From NCBI GenBank assembly GCA_963719495.1, contig CAVRCI010000007.1:32001-96000 (forward strand): a stretch of 64,000 bases of DNA, read 5' to 3'. Under the pieces are notes generated by a model that was given only the letters and a program-made list of their open reading frames with translations, ran no database searches and had not been told where the DNA came from. This DNA is from an uncultured Verrucomicrobiae bacterium. GTDB lineage: Bacteria > Verrucomicrobiota > Verrucomicrobiia > Chthoniobacterales > JAATET01. Of this stretch, positions 51,107-64,000 are shown one piece after another; position 1 is the first letter of the stretch; the number at the start of each line of letters is the position of its first letter. Both the position numbers and the translations under genes were made by a program.

Positions 51107-51131
51107 AAGCGGCGCTCATTGAGCGCCGCTT
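51107..51131 (+). terminator. Hairpin, possible terminator
   Basis: AAGCGGCGCTC-ATT-GAGCGCCGCTT 54 bp after the thioredoxin stop; weak U tract. Confidence 0.4.
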
Positions 51132-51168
51132 ACCGTCTCGCCGGATCTCGCGGCAAAGGGGTCAGCGA

Positions 51169-51543
51169 AGGGGTCGGTCATTCATATTGACACATTCGCA
51201 AATTGCACCGGTTGGTCGAAGTGTTTCGCAACCTTTAAATCGAACTTCCTCAGAATCCCAAATATGCCCATATCAATGACCGACCCCTGTTATGTTCGAC
51301 CGACCCCTGTTCGCGCTTTTCCCTGCCCTGATTTTACCCATTGGGCGCTTTCTTCTGCGTTCCCCGCCCCACTCGGGCCAAGAACCCTCTAAATTAGACC
51401 CTTGACAGCCCTTCGACCCTTTTTTCAGAGAGGTCATTCATATTGACACATTTGCAAATTGCACCGACCGGTTGAAGTATTTCGCACCCTTTGAATCGAA
51501 CTTCCTCAGAACCCCAAATATGCCCAAATGAATGACCGCCCCC
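51169..51543. repeat. Two copies of a ~115-bp palindromic element (51169-51288, 51432-51543)
   Basis: GGTCATTCATATTGACACATT...AATATGCCCA.AT.AATGACCG in both; GGGGTCGGTC/GACCGACCCC ends. Confidence 0.85.
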
Positions 51544-51612
51544 TTTTTGTCGCGCGTCTAAGTCCGACGGGCTGCTAGGAAGATTAAAATATAGCACCAG
51601 TCCAAACTTTTT

Positions 51613-51777
51613 CTATCGCGATCCTTTTTGACGCGTCGGTCCTGGCTCCGCCATCCCCTCGGGTTGTCCGGTCCCAGCGAGCTGAAACGCGCTCTCAAGT
51701 AAATCGCGTAATGGCGAGATGCGATCGAACGTCGACCAAGCCGCCGGGTAGTTCTGATTGTAGCGAATGAGTTTCAT
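51613..51777 (-). pseudogene. Truncated small heat-shock protein (Hsp20) N-terminal remnant
   Basis: MKLIRYNQNYPAAWSTFDRISPLRDLLESAFQL, then frame lost; no alpha-crystallin domain. Confidence 0.55.
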
Positions 51778-51826
51778 TGGATCTGTTTTTTTCGGTTGAA
51801 GGTTCAAGTGACAATCGATCCCTCCC

Positions 51827-51841
51827 GCTTTGCCCGTGCCA
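51827..51841 (-). promoter_or_regulatory. Putative sigma-54 promoter
   Basis: Minus strand TGGCACGGGCAAAGC has GG-N10-GC spacing, ~50 bp before the Hsp20-like ATG; -12 box imperfect. Confidence 0.45.
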
Positions 51842-51988
51842 AACCCCCAAAACCGAACATATAAACGACCCGAAAACGTTATAGTCCAATTGTTTATAGA
51901 GGTTGTTGGTTGCAAAAACGCGCTATTTAATAGCGTCCTTATGACTCATAAATAGACAAAACCCGCGCAATTAACCTGCGCCAATCTG

Positions 51989-52972
51989 CTACATTTGCTC
52001 GAGCAGACGATTCACTTGGTCGAGGTAGCCGACGTAGAACGTGACGATCCGGTAGCCGATGAAGATCGCGATTCCGGAATAGATGATCTTGGGAGTCCAT
52101 GCCGCCAGCGCGGCTAATCGATCCTTGAGCTGCTCGTCGTAGCGGGTCGCCAACCGCTCCATTTCGTCGTCCAAACGTCCCGAATCTTCACCGATTTCGA
52201 ACCCACGGATCACGTCTTCCGGGAATGCCCCGCTCGCCTCGACGGCCTCGCCGAGGCGCTCGCCCCTTCGCACGTCCTCGGTCACCGAGCCCGCCCCCTC
52301 GCGGAAAAGAGCGCTGCCCCCCACCTCTCCGGCGCGGTCGATCGACCCGAGAATCCCCGCGCCGGACCGAATGAGAATGTTGAGCGTCTGGCAGAATCGC
52401 GACGCGACGAGCGCCCGACGAGCGCCTCCGATGATCGGAATTTTCATCACGATCCGATCCGCGAGCGCACTGCGCTGAACCGCTCGACTCACGACGGCGA
52501 CCAGGAGCCAGACCACGATGAGCGCCGCGTAGAAGACACCCAGCACCTGGGCGACCGCCCAACCAAATGCCTCCGGCCCGTCGCTCACGGCCTTCGGCAC
52601 CGCCAGCAGAACCGCGGCGACGTGCAGAAGAACGATGGGATACGTCAGTCCGCCAATGATGCGCCGCCGCGTGCGGGCCAGGGATTCGTAGTAGCTCGAG
52701 AGGTATCCGGTGACCGCGTCCAGGCGTCCCCCGGACGCTCCGGCGACGACCATTTCGCAATCGAGATTGGAAAACGTCCGCGGAGCTGCGCCGAAGTATT
52801 CCGAAGCCGACCCCTCCCCCGAACCGGCGACCATCTGACGCGACAGCTTCGGGATGGTGCCGAACCGCTTCTTCGCACTTCGCTCCAGTGTTTCCGGCAG
52901 CGACTTGCCGCTGCGCAGGGATTGCGTCAGCTCATGAAAAAATTGCTCCTTCTGGGCGAAACTCAGCTTCAC
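51989..52972 (-). CDS. Type II secretion F / PilC family protein
   Basis: Two GspF repeats: ASGGRLD..TYP and IGEDSGRLD..PK. Confidence 0.85.
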   Translation of the reverse strand: MKLSFAQKEQFFHELTQSLRSGKSLPETLERSAKKRFGTIPKLSRQMVAGSGEGSASEYFGAAPRTFSNLDCEMVVAGASGGRLDAVTGYLSSYYESLARTRRRIIGGLTYPIVLLHVAAVLLAVPKAVSDGPEAFGWAVAQVLGVFYAALIVVWLLVAVVSRAVQRSALADRIVMKIPIIGGARRALVASRFCQTLNILIRSGAGILGSIDRAGEVGGSALFREGAGSVTEDVRRGERLGEAVEASGAFPEDVIRGFEIGEDSGRLDDEMERLATRYDEQLKDRLAALAAWTPKIIYSGIAIFIGYRIVTFYVGYLDQVNRLLEQM

Positions 52973-53083
52973 CCCGGGACGATGCTCGTGAAAGGGTTCG
53001 AGCACAAGCCAAGCCACAAAGTAGCGCAAGCGGGGTGCCCGCTCGAATGATGCAAGCAGGATGCCTGCGTCACGGGATGCGAT

Positions 53084-53848
53084 CTACCGCTTCCGCATCA
53101 GCCAGTAGACCTCGCCCGGCCACCACGGGAACGTGGCGCCCCAGCGGAGATTCCAACGCATCCACCCCGGGGAATTCTCCAGCGGGCTCCCCTTGCTGCG
53201 CATGAGGAAGGCCCCGGAGAGAAATTCCGTCGTGCAACCCGCCGCTTCGCCCATCGCGACGACTCGCTCGGGCGAGAAAATGCTCACGTGGCCCATCGGC
53301 CCCGCCGTTTTTCGGACCGCGACCTCGCGCTGCTTGATGAGCGCGTTCGGCAGCACGGGAAAGCCGCCGATGAGCACGCCGCCGGGCCGGATTTTTTCCG
53401 CCACCCGCGCCAGCACGCGCTCGGGCTCGGACAAATGCTCGAGAAGGTGGAGGAGCACGGCGACGTCGTATTCTCGTGGCAAATGAAAGGAATCGTCTTC
53501 GAGGTTGGCCTCGCAGAAATCGTCGTAACCCGCCTTGCGAAGTTTTTCGGTCAGCATCACGGCGTCCACCGCCGTCCAGGCTCCAAGCGCGGGCACGACG
53601 GGAGCCGAGCGAACGAACTCGAGGAATTGCCCGGTGTGCACGCCGATTTCGGCGACGTCGACCGGACGCCCCAATCGCTCGGCCTCGACACGGAGCAAGT
53701 GGTAGCCAAACCAATAACGCAGCAGGCGAATCGGGTATTTGACGCCCTTGGCTTCCTTCGGCATCCCGAAGCGCTTCGTGCGCACGACGGGGTTGGTCGA
53801 CAGGAAGTCGATGTCCCACTTCTGGTGCTGGTAACTGGAGCCGATCAA
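53084..53848 (-). CDS. Class I SAM-dependent methyltransferase
   Basis: VAEIGVHTG, LHLLEHL, IRPGGVL. Confidence 0.75.
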   Translation of the reverse strand: MIGSSYQHQKWDIDFLSTNPVVRTKRFGMPKEAKGVKYPIRLLRYWFGYHLLRVEAERLGRPVDVAEIGVHTGQFLEFVRSAPVVPALGAWTAVDAVMLTEKLRKAGYDDFCEANLEDDSFHLPREYDVAVLLHLLEHLSEPERVLARVAEKIRPGGVLIGGFPVLPNALIKQREVAVRKTAGPMGHVSIFSPERVVAMGEAAGCTTEFLSGAFLMRSKGSPLENSPGWMRWNLRWGATFPWWPGEVYWLMRKR

Positions 53849-53969
53849 GGTCGCGAATCCTGCGAATCGGCCCGCCCGAGGTCAAGCTCGCTCGGACCGC
53901 ACGGCGGTGCCAAAAGTAGCGTAAGCTTCCAGCTTTCGAGTGCCCGTTCGTGCAAGCTGGAAGCTTGCG

Positions 53970-55070
53970 CTACCCTCCCGGTGAAGGCGCCGCCTCGCGC
54001 AGCTCAGTCACCACCCGGCGCACGTCCTCGCCGGTCACCGCGTCGGACACGAACGCGCTGCCGAGCCGCTCGGTCAGCACGAAACGAATCGCCCCGGCTT
54101 CGAACTTCTTGTCCCGCCCCATCGCTTCCAGAATCGCGTCGACCGAAAGATCCGCCGGCACCCGCGTCGGCAATCCAAACGCGCTCAACTTCGCCACGAC
54201 CCGCTCGCAAGCTGCTTCGGTGAGCCCGGCGTGATCGACCGACAGCCGGAGCGCGGCGTGCAACCCGATGGCGATCGCTTCGCCGTGCAGAAAACGACCG
54301 TAGCCCGCCGCCTGCTCGACGGCGTGCCCCACGGTGTGCCCGAAGTTCAGCAGCGCCCGCTCACCGGTGCGTTCCCGCTCGTCCGCGACCACCACGCCGG
54401 CTTTGATTCGGACGTTCCGCGCGATCAGTTCGTCGAGCCCGCCGCGCCGATTGGGGTCGAGCTCGCCGAGCATGTCGGCGTCGGCGATGACCGCGTGCTT
54501 GATCACCTCGGCAAAACCCTCGCGGAATTCCCGGTCCGGCAGACTCAGCAAAGCCCCCGGGTCCGCGAGAACGGTGAGCGGTTGGTGGAAAGCGCCGACG
54601 AGATTCTTCCCACCCCGGGCGTTGATGCCCGTCTTCCCACCCACCGAACTGTCCACTTGGGCCATCACCGAAGTCGGCATCTGAACGAAGGGAATGCCTC
54701 GAAAATAGACCGCCGCCGCGAAGCCCGCGAGGTCTCCCACGACTCCCCCACCCAGCGCGACGAGCAGCGTCCCACGATCGAGTCCCGCCGCGATCATCGC
54801 GTCACAGATCGCTTCCACGCACTCGAACCGCTTCGACTGCTCGCCCGCCGCGACCGTGACGAGGGTCACCGCGAAGCCCGCCGCCTCGAGCGACTCCCGC
54901 ACCGGTTCGCCGTAGATCGGCCCGACGTTCGAATCGGTCACCAGCGCGACCGACCGGCCCGCGAAAAGCCCCGCAACCCGCGCCCCGCACCCGCTCAGCA
55001 CGCCATCGCCGATCCACACGTCGTAAGCGTTCGCGGCCAACGCCACCTCCACCGATACCAAACTCGCCAT
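53970..55070 (-). CDS. aroB: 3-dehydroquinate synthase
   Basis: GGGVVGD, DSSVGGKTG, KNLVGAFHQP, LNFGHTVGHA. Confidence 0.95.
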   Translation of the reverse strand: MASLVSVEVALAANAYDVWIGDGVLSGCGARVAGLFAGRSVALVTDSNVGPIYGEPVRESLEAAGFAVTLVTVAAGEQSKRFECVEAICDAMIAAGLDRGTLLVALGGGVVGDLAGFAAAVYFRGIPFVQMPTSVMAQVDSSVGGKTGINARGGKNLVGAFHQPLTVLADPGALLSLPDREFREGFAEVIKHAVIADADMLGELDPNRRGGLDELIARNVRIKAGVVVADERERTGERALLNFGHTVGHAVEQAAGYGRFLHGEAIAIGLHAALRLSVDHAGLTEAACERVVAKLSAFGLPTRVPADLSVDAILEAMGRDKKFEAGAIRFVLTERLGSAFVSDAVTGEDVRRVVTELREAAPSPGG

Positions 55071-55125
55071 CGCGATATTCTGCATTTCTCATTCCCCATT
55101 TCCCATTTCTAATTTCTAAAGAACC

Positions 55126-56553
55126 GTGTTCGTCGAATCCCTCCTCGCCCTTGTCACCATCCTCTTCCACGTGGCGGGTGGTTTTTTTGCCCTCCAGGGC
55201 GTGCTCATTTCCCGCACTCCGCAGGCGGCGATCGGCTGGGCGCTCGCGCTTATCACCTTCCCCTACGCGGCGATCCCGCTTTTTCTCGTCTTCGGCGAAT
55301 CCCGCTTCTCGGGCTACGTGCACGCGGGCTCCGGCGACGTCGAGGCTCTCGACCGAGCCCTCGCGAATGCCCGCGCCGCACTCGAACCCCACCGGGCGGA
55401 CTTCAACGGGATCTACCGGGAAATTTCCGAGCTGGTCGAACCCCTCTCGCGCCTCCCGACGACGCGCGGCAACGACGCGCAACTCCTCGTCGACGGCGAC
55501 GCCACGTTCGACGCGATCTGCGCGGCGCTCGACCGGGCCACGGAGTTCGCACTCATCCAGTTCTTCATCTTCCGCGACGACGCTCTGGGTCAGCGCATCA
55601 AACGCCACGTGCTCGCCGCCCGCGCGCGCGGCATCCGCATCCACCTGCTCATCGATCAAGTGGGTTCGCGGAAGCTCTCGAAGGCGTATCGATCCGAAAT
55701 CGAAGCCGCCGGGGTCCATCTCCAGGTCTTCATGACGAACCGCGACCGGGGCCGCCGCTTCCGGATGAATTTCCGGAATCACCGCAAGCTCGTGATCGTC
55801 GACGGCCGCGAAGCCTTCCTCGGCGGTCTGAACGTCGGCGACGAATACCTCGGCCTCGATCCGAAGTTCGGCCCGTGGCGCGACACGTTCGTCCGGCTGA
55901 CCGGTCCCGTCGTGCGAGCGTTGCAGATGCCGTTTCTGGAGGATTGGTATTTCAACACCCGCGAAGTGCTCGACCTCCCGTGGGACATCGAGCCGCCGAC
56001 CGGCGAAATGCTCGCCCTGCCGGTGCCGACCGGACCCAACCGACCGTGGAAAGCCGGCCCGGCCGCCTACCTCGAGATCATCCAATCGGCCCGCCAACGC
56101 CTGTGGTTCGCGTCGCCGTATTTCGTGCCCGAGAACGCGTTGGTCACGGCGATTGCCCACGCCGCGATCCGCGGCGTCGAGGTCCGGCTGCTCCTCCCGC
56201 AGATGGCCGACCACCTGCTCCCCTGGCTCTCATCGTTCACGTTCTACCCGGGAATGCGCGCCGCCGGAGTGAAGATCTACCGCTACCAACCCGGCTTCAT
56301 GCACCAGAAGGTCGTGCTCGCCGACGACGACCTGGCGGTCATCGGGTCGATCAACGTCGACTACCGCTCGTTCATGCTGAACTTCGAACTCTCGACCGTG
56401 ATCGAGAGCAAGCCCTTCGCCGCCGAGGTCGAGAAGATGCTGCTGGCCGACTTCGCCAACGCCGCCCCCGCGGACATGTATGCTTATGAGAACGCGAACG
56501 TTTTCTTCAAATTGAAGTGCCGGGCGGCCGCGCTGCTAAGCTCGCAGCAGTGA
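55126..56553 (+). CDS. cls: Cardiolipin synthase
   Basis: Two HKD motifs (NHRKLVIVD, HQKVVLAD), N-terminal TM hairpin. Confidence 0.92.
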   Translation: MFVESLLALVTILFHVAGGFFALQGVLISRTPQAAIGWALALITFPYAAIPLFLVFGESRFSGYVHAGSGDVEALDRALANARAALEPHRADFNGIYREISELVEPLSRLPTTRGNDAQLLVDGDATFDAICAALDRATEFALIQFFIFRDDALGQRIKRHVLAARARGIRIHLLIDQVGSRKLSKAYRSEIEAAGVHLQVFMTNRDRGRRFRMNFRNHRKLVIVDGREAFLGGLNVGDEYLGLDPKFGPWRDTFVRLTGPVVRALQMPFLEDWYFNTREVLDLPWDIEPPTGEMLALPVPTGPNRPWKAGPAAYLEIIQSARQRLWFASPYFVPENALVTAIAHAAIRGVEVRLLLPQMADHLLPWLSSFTFYPGMRAAGVKIYRYQPGFMHQKVVLADDDLAVIGSINVDYRSFMLNFELSTVIESKPFAAEVEKMLLADFANAAPADMYAYENANVFFKLKCRAAALLSSQQ

Positions 56554-56826
56554 TGGCAAGCGGCGGCTCGGGCCGCGACTACCTCGGCGAAGCCGATCCA
56601 GATCCTGCTCCTGTCACTCTGAGCGAAGCGAAGATCCAACGACCGCCTTTCACTTCTGCATTCCTCTTCAAAGGGGCAATCTCTGGCTTCTCCTCATACG
56701 CACAAACAGACAGCGCGCCACCGTCAATTTAGGACGCTGAACAAAGTGTAAGCCAGAGATACTTCGCTTTGCTCAGCATGACATCGGGGGCTTTGCGAAC
56801 TCTTGTCCCGCGCCCCCCCAAAAGGA

Positions 56827-59699
<2,873 letters not shown>

Positions 59700-59700
<1 letters not shown>

Positions 59701-60077
59701 CAGGAGATCTGCTCCCGGTAAGCTTCGGGCGATTTGAGCGCATCGAGCTCCGCCGCATCCGACAGCTTCACCTTGTAGATCCAGCCTTCACCGAAGGGAT
59801 CCGTATTCAGCAAAGCCGGATCGGCATCGAGTGCCGCGTTCGCTTCGACGATCTCGCCGCTCACCGGCGAATAGATGTCGCTCGCCGCCTTCACCGATTC
59901 GACCACCGCGCTGGCCGCCGTGGCCTCGACCTTGTCCCCAACCTTCGGCGGCTCGACGAACACGATGTCCGTCAACTCCGCCTGCGCGTGATCCGTGATT
60001 CCCACGGTCCCAATCCCATCCGCGACCCGCACCCACTCGTGCGACTCCGCGTATTTCAAATCATCCGGCACGTTCAT
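59700..60077 (-). CDS. gcvH: Glycine cleavage H protein
   Basis: [13 protein letters not shown] lipoyl-Lys motif. Confidence 0.97.
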
Positions 60078-60174
60078 ACTTCGAGGGTGTTATTGGTTGT
60101 TGGTTATTGGTGATTGGACAGGAAGGAACCCCTGGCGTTCTTCGCGACCTTGGCGCGAGGCCGCATTCCAGACG

Positions 60175-61272
60175 CTACGCCGGGCGCACGTAAAGCGGTT
60201 TCTTCCGCACGCTCGCGCGGTAGAGTTTCCCGCGCACCTCGATCCCGACTTCCTGCCCCGGTTTCGCGAGCGCGGGCGGCAAATACGCCAACGCGATCCC
60301 GTAACCAAGCGAAGGCGAAAGCGCCCCGCTGCACGTCTCGCCGACCTCCTCCCCGTCGAGCATCACGCGGTAATGCGGACGAATCGGCGGCGATTTTTCC
60401 TCCACGGCCAGCGCCACCAACCGCGAAGGAGCCCCGTCGATTTTGTGTCGCTCCACCGCGTCCTTCCCCACGAAATCGTCCTTCGTCAGATCGACGAAAT
60501 ACCCCAGACCCGCCTCCATCGGCGACCGCTCCGGCGACAAATCCGACCCGTTGAGCGGATAGCACATCTCGAGCCGCAAAGTATCCCGCGCCCCCAGCCC
60601 ACAAGGCACCGCCCCGGCCCCCAGCAACGCGTCCCACAGCGGCACGATCACGTCCGCCGGAGCCACCACTTCGAAACCATCCTCGCCCGTGTAACCCGTC
60701 GTCACCACGAACACCGCCGACCCCGCGAAGACCGACGACACCACCCGGTTCCGCGCCTCGGCCAAAGTCTCGTTGAAGACGCAGGCAAACAATTCCCGCG
60801 CTTTCGGCCCCTGCACCGCCAACGCCGCGAAATCATCGCTCCGATCCGCGAATTCCACGCCGTCAACGAGCCGGCCCCGCAGCCATTCCCGGTCCTCGTC
60901 GATTTTCGCCGCGTTCACGATGAGGAGAAACGCCGCCTCGCCCGTGCGATACACGATCAGGTCGTCGATCACCCCACCCGCCTCGTTCAGCATGAGCGTG
61001 TATTGGGCCTCGCCCTCCGCCAGTCGCGCCACCCGGTTCGTCAGCAACCCGTCCAACCACGCCACCGCCCCCGGCCCGTGCACCGTAAATTCCCCCATGT
61101 GCGAAATGTCGAACACCCCCACGGCTTCCCGCACCGCCCGGTGCTCGGCCATGATCCCCACGTATTGCACCGGCATCTCCCAACCCGCAAAATCCACCAG
61201 CCGCCCCCCGGCCTCCACGTGCTTGTCGTAGAGCGGCGTCCGGCGGGGTGGCGAAGCGAGTGAAATTTCCAT
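60175..61272 (-). CDS. gcvT: Glycine cleavage T protein
   Basis: FAGWEMPVQY, FDISHMG, GYTGEDGFE, GLGARDTLRLE. Confidence 0.96.
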   Translation of the reverse strand: MEISLASPPRRTPLYDKHVEAGGRLVDFAGWEMPVQYVGIMAEHRAVREAVGVFDISHMGEFTVHGPGAVAWLDGLLTNRVARLAEGEAQYTLMLNEAGGVIDDLIVYRTGEAAFLLIVNAAKIDEDREWLRGRLVDGVEFADRSDDFAALAVQGPKARELFACVFNETLAEARNRVVSSVFAGSAVFVVTTGYTGEDGFEVVAPADVIVPLWDALLGAGAVPCGLGARDTLRLEMCYPLNGSDLSPERSPMEAGLGYFVDLTKDDFVGKDAVERHKIDGAPSRLVALAVEEKSPPIRPHYRVMLDGEEVGETCSGALSPSLGYGIALAYLPPALAKPGQEVGIEVRGKLYRASVRKKPLYVRPA

Positions 61273-61419
61273 CGCGGCAATGAGTAATTCACCCGCAATC
61301 CCCGCGCGACGGAAAAATCAGAAGAGACCGAGTTCCGTCCATCGAGTTTCCCAGTTCGCCGCCAGATGATACGCAGATTATTCTTGCAAATAAATGCATC
61401 CGGCTTCGTAATCGCCGCG

Positions 61420-62301
61420 ATGAAAACGAAATGCCTTCCGATCCCCCCGCTTGCTGCCCTGGTTGCCGCCCTCGCCCTCATCGCCGCACCGAACCTCGCT
61501 CACGCCCAAAATGGATCTCTGACCACCACCTTTGGTGGCGTGAACTCGGCGGATGGATTCATGTTCGACGTGATTGCCGCTCGCCCCCTCCAGATCACCG
61601 GAGTGCAGTTCGCTTTTGCTTCCTTGCCGCTGACTGACACCTTCGAGGTCTACGGAAAGTCGGGCACTCACGTTGGCAGCGAGCTGGTTGCCGCGAATTG
61701 GACCCTAGCCGGGGCCGGTTCGATCACTACCTCCGCGCTGAACGTTCCCACTCCGATCTTACTTCTTTCGAGCCCAATCACGATTCCCGGAGGAACCGGA
61801 GCGGCCATCTACGTTCGCCGGGTCGATGTTAGTGAGGCCATCCGCTACTCGAACGGGGTTGGAACTGGAACCGTCCAGGCCGCCGATCCGAACTTATTCA
61901 TTCTCGAAGGTAAGGGAATCAACGGACTTTTTGGAAGTACTGACGTCTATGGAAACCGCATCCCGAACGTCACCATCCACTACACCCTCGCCGACGTCAC
62001 CGCCCCGTCAGTCTCCGTCATCGGAGCCAATCGCATCCGCACGACCGAGCAACGCGTTCGAATCGACGGCATCGCCTCCGACGACGTCGGCGTTGCCAGC
62101 GTCAAGGTCCGCTTCAAGCGGCAGCGCAACAACGGCACCACCCGCAACGTCACCCGCTTCCTGCCCTTCGATCCTGCCACGGGTCTCTTCCGCATCAACG
62201 TCCGCACCTTCGTCGGTCGCAACCCCGTCCGCTTCAACGTCACCGACACCGCCGGAAAAGGCTCCGGCGTCGCCCGCGCCGTCATTATTCGCAAAGAGTA
62301 G
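61420..62301 (+). CDS. Secreted beta-rich protein with basic C-terminal Ig-like domain
   Basis: Signal peptide ending AHA; SLTTTFGG..GFMFDV; C-terminal DVTAP..GIASDDVGV..GRN..DTAG. Confidence 0.75.
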   Translation: MKTKCLPIPPLAALVAALALIAAPNLAHAQNGSLTTTFGGVNSADGFMFDVIAARPLQITGVQFAFASLPLTDTFEVYGKSGTHVGSELVAANWTLAGAGSITTSALNVPTPILLLSSPITIPGGTGAAIYVRRVDVSEAIRYSNGVGTGTVQAADPNLFILEGKGINGLFGSTDVYGNRIPNVTIHYTLADVTAPSVSVIGANRIRTTEQRVRIDGIASDDVGVASVKVRFKRQRNNGTTRNVTRFLPFDPATGLFRINVRTFVGRNPVRFNVTDTAGKGSGVARAVIIRKE

Positions 62302-62382
62302 CGGTGTGCCCGGGTCGGCAAAAGCCGACGTCATCCCGTAGAAACGGAGGTCACGACGCTCCTGCCCCAGCGCCTCGCCCCC

Positions 62383-62881
62383 CAGGGCAATTGCATCTAA
62401 AAGCCGAGAAGGTTCAGGAGATAAGAGTGATCCCAGGCGGCATTCTTCTGTTTGCCTTCGATGCCGCGTTTTTTTGGAGGTATCGAGTTTGAGGACGTTG
62501 AGGGTGATGTGGCGCAAGATGGCGAGGTTTTCGGCGACATAGCCGCGGCGGACGCGGCAGGAGCGCCTCGGCGAAGGCGACGTCCAGAGTCCAATGGAGG
62601 GAGGTCTCCACGGCCCAGTAACCACGCACGGCATGGGCGAACTTTTTGGCGGCGGCAGGTAAACTGCTCAGATAAAAGCGAACCTCGCGAGCGTTCGCAC
62701 CATTGATCTCACGCTGGCTCTCGACCATTCCAAAACTGCGCAACCCTTCCCAGAGATCGGTATCGGCAAACCAGTCGATGGACTCGGTGATCCGATAGCG
62801 ACGAATCTCGATCCGCCCGTGGTCTTTTTCGATGGTCTCGTGGAAGGCATGGGCGGTGTGGGCAAACCCAGCAGTTCTCAT
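62383..62881 (-). pseudogene. ISAs1-family transposase remnant (3' part, frameshifted) with one IS end
   Basis: EKDHGRIEIR, RFYLSSL, VRGYWAVETSLHWTLDVAF, ENLAILRH across frames; CAGGGCAATTGCATC at 62383. Confidence 0.85.
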
Positions 62882-63036
62882 TTTGGGGTAGCGGCAGACA
62901 GGGGGGAGATGTGAGAGGGTTGGAGCAAAGGGATGAGCGTGGAGTGGCCGCCGGGATTGATGGGCGGCGGGTGGGGACGGTTACAGGCTGCGCCAGCGCG
63001 GCAGGCTGACGCGCGATTGGCCGCAAAAAATGGGGC

Positions 63037-63396
63037 TCAGTTTCGAAGCGAGGCGTAGGGGCCGATTTCCAGACCCCGGAGCATGAAGTCCATGAGATGG
63101 TCCCAGCTTTCGAAGTGCAGGTAGGTGGTGAGCGTGCGGATGTGCTCGAAGAACTTGCGCCGAGCGCCCACGGCGGAGCGAACGAGGCGGTAGTTGCCGT
63201 CGGTGAGTTCGAGCAGGGTGTGCAGGCCGTTGCCTTCCTCCAATTCCCCGACCCACTGGGAGTGTCCGGGGCTCACCACGACCGGGGTCAGCGCGCTGTG
63301 GTAATGCGTCGTGCATCCATTGGTGTGCTCGATGCGCGAGCAGTGCGGGCAGTGGATGTTCTCGGACTGGGAGGAAAAATACCAGGTGCCGTCCAA
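63037..63396 (-). pseudogene. Internally deleted transposase remnant (ISNCY/IS4-like)
   Basis: DGTWYFSS..IHCPHC..HYHS joined directly to the C-terminal RRKFFEHIRTLTTY..FESW..LM. Confidence 0.65.
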
Positions 63397-63801
63397 GGCT
63401 ATTTCGTAACATTCGCGCCCCTTCCAGCGCCGCCCTCCAATTCGCCTCCCCTTCGAGTCAGCCGACCGCCCTCTGGCACTTCAACAATACCAAAATGAAA
63501 ACTGCTGGGATGACTCGATCAACGGCAGCGAACCCCATTCTTCCAAATCTTTGCGACCTTTGCGGCCTTCTGTTCAAAGCCGCGTTTGTATTCGCATTCC
63601 CCTTCGTTCCCTTCGTTCCGTTGACTCGCTCGCTCCCGCTCGTCTCGCCCTTCTGGCACCATCGCAGAGCCGATGGCGTCTGCCCCGAGCCTTCCCAGGC
63701 TCCGGTGCTCCCAGCCGCCGGCGCTCTGTTCAAAACAATCCGTGTCATTGGCAGCGAAGCGAAGCATCTCGGGCTTTTCACCTCGCCCGCGACCTTCGCC
63801 G

Positions 63802-64000
63802 TCAGTCCTCCCGCGTGACCATTCGCACCTCGAGCGACTTGAACCCAACCTGCCGACGGTAATCCGCCGCGCTCGCCTCGTTCCGCTCGCACCGCACCAG
63901 CTCGATCGACCCCACGCGCTCCGAAAGCTCCCGCAGCACCGTCCGAATGATCAACCGCGCGTGCGGCGCGCCGAGGCAAAAGTGTGGCCCGCTCCCGAAT
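63802..64000 (-). CDS. Cytochrome P450, C-terminal part (runs off window)
   Basis: Own translation: FGSGPHFCLGAPHARL...VRMVTRED*; heme-Cys motif FxxGxHxCxG. Confidence 0.85.
   Translation of the reverse strand, partial: FGSGPHFCLGAPHARLIIRTVLRELSERVGSIELVRCERNEASAADYRRQVGFKSLEVRMVTRED

Noticed and set aside
61273..61419. Glycine riboswitch upstream of gcvT
   Set aside because: Short divergent intergenic region with no recognisable aptamer motifs on the minus strand
63495..63800. ORFs 63495..63818 and 63519..63848
   Set aside because: Built from short repeats (CTTTGCGACC, CCCTTCGTT) and a REP; not credible proteins

Overview
High-GC bacterial chromosomal window. Gene content and order (kdsA-lptCAB-hprK-ptsH-ptsI, ccsA-hemA-hemC, short HemA) and the REP families suggest Verrucomicrobiota; this is inference. 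Most of it is housekeeping: two tandem PilB/GspE ATPases, an ECF sigma/anti-sigma operon, rlmN, xdhC, kdsA-lptCAB-hprK-ptsH-ptsI, mlaEFD, pepF, speA, larC, radC, ccsA-hemA-hemC, cobA/hemD, a GspF/PilC-like gene, aroB, cls, gcvTHP and the 3' end of a cytochrome P450. The accessory part is about 3.5-12.7 kb. It holds a nest of REP/MITE-like elements and a 21-bp tandem repeat. It then holds a lower-GC integron-type cassette array (six attC sites, seven cassettes, a candidate attI, no integrase in the window). The array is cut off by an IS4-family element and a MITE, both inserted at the same 11-bp site of a repeated palindromic target, followed by pseudogenes. Other signals: a structured leader before a 1001-aa ankyrin protein, a shared very basic C-terminal Ig-like domain on two unrelated secreted proteins (candidate sorting signal), a Doc/AbrB toxin-antitoxin pair inside the heme cluster, and decayed Hsp20 and transposase remnants. 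All calls come from reading the sequence and ORF track; no searches were run.
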